DNA from: Promethearchaeota archaeon
GTDB lineage: Archaea; Asgardarchaeota; Lokiarchaeia; Sigyniarchaeales; SOKP01
Direction: 5' to 3'
Assembly: GCA_019057795.1 (NCBI GenBank)
Contig: JAHLWS010000055.1
Coordinates: 1-42,627, forward strand
Length of the DNA stretch: 42,627 nt
Below the pieces are notes generated by a model that did not search any database, was not told the DNA's origin, and was given only the letters and a program-made list of their open reading frames with translations. Both the position numbers and the translations under genes were made by a program. Shown here piece after piece: positions 39,497 through 42,627 of the stretch (position 1 is its first letter; the number at the start of each line of letters is the position of its first letter).

Positions 39497-40210
39497 TTAT
39501 CCTAAAACTATCCGGCAGGCAACATCCATTACTTTTGCTATATCCGTCATGTATAGTGAAAATTCCTGATCCGAGCAATCTGTAATCCAATCAAGGAGTT
39601 TCTTCTCGCTTTTAGCCCGTAATTCATCCATTTCTTCGCTAAATATTTCTAAATCTACGAAAGATATGCTATTTTCCTTAAATTTGATAATATTGTCTTT
39701 AATAATAGAATCGTTTTGCTGCCAACGTTCTTCGCATATCTCTTCAAACTTGTCATGATCTGCTTTGAACTTGACAAGATTAAAAAGTCTGTCTAATATA
39801 GCCCAAAAAATCTCACCACCATTTTCAGACTCCTTATTAAATATATCACTTTTTGAGTCCAAAATATATTTAGACATTGTATCTGAAGAATGGTATGGCG
39901 TTGCCCAATCCGTAATAAAATGAAAAACCCATCCGAGCCAACGAGACCAAGACTGATCACCAGAATTATAAGCTTCAGAGGTTTTATTAATATATTGGAT
40001 CGACAATTCCTTTGCTTTAGCAGTATGGTCAGCAAACCATCTGATTGAGGTCGTTATCGCTTCGAGCATACCCTTGCGTAAGCCCTCTCTATTTATTTCG
40101 TCTGGTTCTACTGATGAAGACTCGAGTATTTGCAAGTTATCGGAATCTATAGCATGAGATCCGTATAATCCTACTAATCGAGCTAAACCTTTATGTGTGA
40201 TCTCTCTCAA
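39497..40210 (-). CDS. Zinc-dependent phospholipase C / S1-P1 nuclease fold protein
   Basis: TH near N-terminus, EPD, DH, LGWVFHFITDWATPYH, HDKFE match the Zn ligands of this fold; no signal peptide. Confidence 0.8.
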   Translation of the reverse strand: MREITHKGLARLVGLYGSHAIDSDNLQILESSSVEPDEINREGLRKGMLEAITTSIRWFADHTAKAKELSIQYINKTSEAYNSGDQSWSRWLGWVFHFITDWATPYHSSDTMSKYILDSKSDIFNKESENGGEIFWAILDRLFNLVKFKADHDKFEEICEERWQQNDSIIKDNIIKFKENSISFVDLEIFSEEMDELRAKSEKKLLDWITDCSDQEFSLYMTDIAKVMDVACRIVLG

Positions 40211-40960
40211 TTTACATCTTTTTTATGCATTTTATTGCCTTGAATTAAATTCTAGATTTTAGAATTTTGTTAATTAAAATAACATTATAATCTTTATTAA
40301 ATTGTCTTTAGCAAATCTTAGAAGAAATATTAAAATTAAACTTGTATCAACCTACGAAATGTAAAAATAGTTTATGTAAGAAATAAGCAATACATATATA
40401 ACTGATCTCGATAGTCTTCTCTTTTTTATTAAAAGTTTATGCTGAAAAAGAGGAAAAGAATGTCATAATTATAAAAGGTCATAATAAAGCACGAATGCTC
40501 CCTAATGGAGAAGTGGGGTTATTAAATGGCCATGACCTGTATTGGTTATTGTGAAAAATCTATTAAATTTTTAAATGAGGAGAAATTAAGATGCAAGTTC
40601 TGCTACTGCAAATAATGTTGGTGATATTACAAATGATTTCTTAAGATTATATTATTTAGTAGAAAACACTAAAAAGAATATAGATATTGAACGCTATAAT
40701 GAGAGATTTAGATTTTCTGTTAGATTTTAAACCAAATAACGATAATGGGATAATCGAGATTGAGAGCTTCGATATTAGCCCTCGAAAGAGAAAAAAATCT
40801 CTGATTTGTATAAAGAGCTTCTTAGAGTTAGAGTATAAAAGCGATTACGAGATTCATTCATGATTTAAACAATTCGGCAATTCTGTTTTTAGCTTGACTA
40901 CTTGCTACCGTTGATGGTAGCTAAGGAAATTTTCTCAATACCATTTATAAGTATGCTAAA

Positions 40961-41221
40961 TTACCTAAAAAAAATACCTAAAATTAATCCTAAAATTAAT
41001 CCTACAATTAAAGTTGGAATTGTAGCCCATAAACCTTTCTTTATAAAAACTACTCTTTTATTCCAAATTTCATCTTGTTTCTTAAGACATTCATCAAAAA
41101 ATTTCATCCCTATTGGTAAACTAAACCCTACAACCTTATAAGCCTTAATTAGACATTTTTTATATTTTATTCTTTTTTTAAAAAAACCCCAATCTTTTGG
41201 AACATATATTTTTTTCTTCAT
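40961..41221 (-). CDS. Small hypothetical protein with C-terminal TM helix
   Basis: 86-aa ATG ORF with hydrophobic C-terminus. Confidence 0.4.
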   Translation of the reverse strand: MKKKIYVPKDWGFFKKRIKYKKCLIKAYKVVGFSLPIGMKFFDECLKKQDEIWNKRVVFIKKGLWATIPTLIVGLILGLILGIFFR

Positions 41222-41738
41222 AGTCTTATTTGAGGACAGAATATTAAAAAATTTTTGCTCTCTCTAACAACATCATGTTTTTATAAAATCATCATTTTAA
41301 GCTATTTCTAACCCGTTTTTTAACTGATTTTATAGACGATTATTAAATTTTCGCTGAAATAATTAAAAAAAGTAATAAAAAATTCTTTTGGGGAGATAGA
41401 AAAAAGGAGGGTACTCATTAAGAATTGGGGTGCTTATATCATTAAACAGAGACATATCCCAATTCCCTCTCTTACGCAAACCTATCTTCACCCGAAATGG
41501 ACGGAGGAGGAATGTGAACAATTCGCCACGAACTGCCGTGAGCAATTAAAAGATTAAAATATATCCTTAAATGAGATTAGAATAAATACAAATTCATATA
41601 TCTAAAAAAAAAGTAGGATAGAACTGAAATTTATAGAATTTAATCGAAGAGAGATTATTATTCGATTCGCGAATAATAAATTAATTAAAAAACCATTCAC
41701 TTCAAGCTGTTATGCTTTATCTTTCATAAATTAAAGAG

Positions 41739-42029
41739 ATGACCGAAGAAATATATAATTTAATAATGGATTTTTCTCTGCGGATGTATTACCAACTTAT
41801 GAAACCCTATTCTGATGGTGAACGGCTAGTTATAAAAAAATTGTGTTCTGAATTATATCAAGTTAATCTTGAAGAATTCCTTCCAAAAGATGAAAAAAAA
41901 GCATTTTTGGAGCTAGAAAATAAAATTACCCATGAAGATTTACAATTGATGTTAGCCGACCAAGAAAAAACTAAAAAACTTCAAAAATCTCAGAAACAAA
42001 TAGCAAAAATTTTATCTTATTTTAGGTAA
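41739..42029 (+). CDS. Hypothetical protein
   Basis: 96-aa ATG ORF, helical composition. Confidence 0.5.
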   Translation: MTEEIYNLIMDFSLRMYYQLMKPYSDGERLVIKKLCSELYQVNLEEFLPKDEKKAFLELENKITHEDLQLMLADQEKTKKLQKSQKQIAKILSYFR

Positions 42030-42123
42030 AAAGTGAACAAATATTAAGATCTCATAATCACATGAGTTTTAGCAAAATTTAAATAGTTAAATTGATATAA
42101 TAATTTTAGGGGTGCCAATATAA

Positions 42124-42627
42124 ATGAAAATCAAGTCCAACAAAATTAATTATTCTCCTTTTTTACACGGAAACCAGGTATTCTATAAGTGTGAAATTAA
42201 GGAGAATAAATTTGAGTGGCTTAATATAATAGAAACTGAAGGAAATGGAATTATACAAAAAGTTTATGTTGATTCTTTTATTAAAAAGGTTTCCATAGAA
42301 GATATAGCTCAAATGGTAGTTGCGAATGGGGAAAATTCAGTTTCTTTTATGGAAAACAGCGAAAAAAAGTTTATAGTGAATTATACTATTCAAACTAATT
42401 CAAATATTCTTGATAATGCAATTTTTGTCATAATAAAACTTATATCGAATATTCTCTATGCTGAAGTAGCTAAATATAAAAAGTTAATAATTTACGACCA
42501 TTTAAAGAAAGAAGTTTGTTCTTATACAAACGACCTGAAAAATTTCATAAAGAACTCAACTACACATATATTAGCCGTGTGGAGATATCAAGATGAAACC
42601 CTAGAAATAATTGGAAATGAAATTATG
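42124..42627 (+). CDS. Hypothetical protein, runs off the window end
   Basis: ATG at 42124 (MKIKSNKINYSPFLHGNQ...) open for 168 codons to the edge; absent from the ORF track because it has no stop. Confidence 0.6.
   Translation, partial: MKIKSNKINYSPFLHGNQVFYKCEIKENKFEWLNIIETEGNGIIQKVYVDSFIKKVSIEDIAQMVVANGENSVSFMENSEKKFIVNYTIQTNSNILDNAIFVIIKLISNILYAEVAKYKKLIIYDHLKKEVCSYTNDLKNFIKNSTTHILAVWRYQDETLEIIGNEIM

Noticed and set aside
40440-40870. Fragmented coding-like sequence
   Set aside because: Multiple stops and frameshifts and no identifiable motif
2820-41141. Other short ORFs in the track overlapping longer genes (e.g. 2820, 6590, 7161, 7450, 9469, 10239, 10932, 15424, 16291, 17373, 19369, 20856, 22094, 22547, 23139, 23339, 24542, 26019, 26152, 26422, 27220, 30186, 30208, 31964, 33144, 34079, 35428, 36658, 39342, 39364, 39793, 40902)
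   Set aside because: Antisense or alternate-frame overlaps of well-supported genes with no motifs of their own
41363-41569. Plus-strand open frame (...IKNWGAYIIKQRHIP...HPKWTEEECEQF...) in a GC-richer patch
   Set aside because: No convincing start or recognisable family; at most a gene relic, and the listed minus-strand 60-aa ORF here is also unsupported

Overview
AT-rich archaeal chromosomal fragment whose gene content points to Asgard archaea, most likely Lokiarchaeia. It has an archaeal histone, proteasome beta subunit and TFB alongside eukaryotic-signature proteins: a two-domain gelsolin, a RING-finger protein, a longin-like protein, a Rab-like GTPase and LRR proteins. Bases 1 to ~27.9 kb are core/housekeeping and ESP-rich. 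From ~27.9 kb to the end is an accessory, defence-island-like region with a degenerate Cdc6/Orc1-like ATPase and a compact four-gene operon (caspase-like C14 protease, unknown partner, Avs1a/ComEC-type MBL-fold hydrolase, beta-rich unknown protein). That region also holds a membrane-anchored LRR gene broken by one in-frame stop, a membrane protein with a putative cytoplasmic PD-(D/E)xK domain, a cytoplasmic Zn-phospholipase C/P1-fold enzyme and gene relics. The strongest candidate for a new system is the caspase operon. The motif F-E-x-[FL]-G-P occurs twice in the MBL protein (in apparent insertion loops) and once near the N-terminus of the next protein, suggesting one protease that switches on two latent effectors. 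No rRNA, tRNA or CRISPR array was recognised. All family assignments are from motif recognition by eye; no database searches were run.
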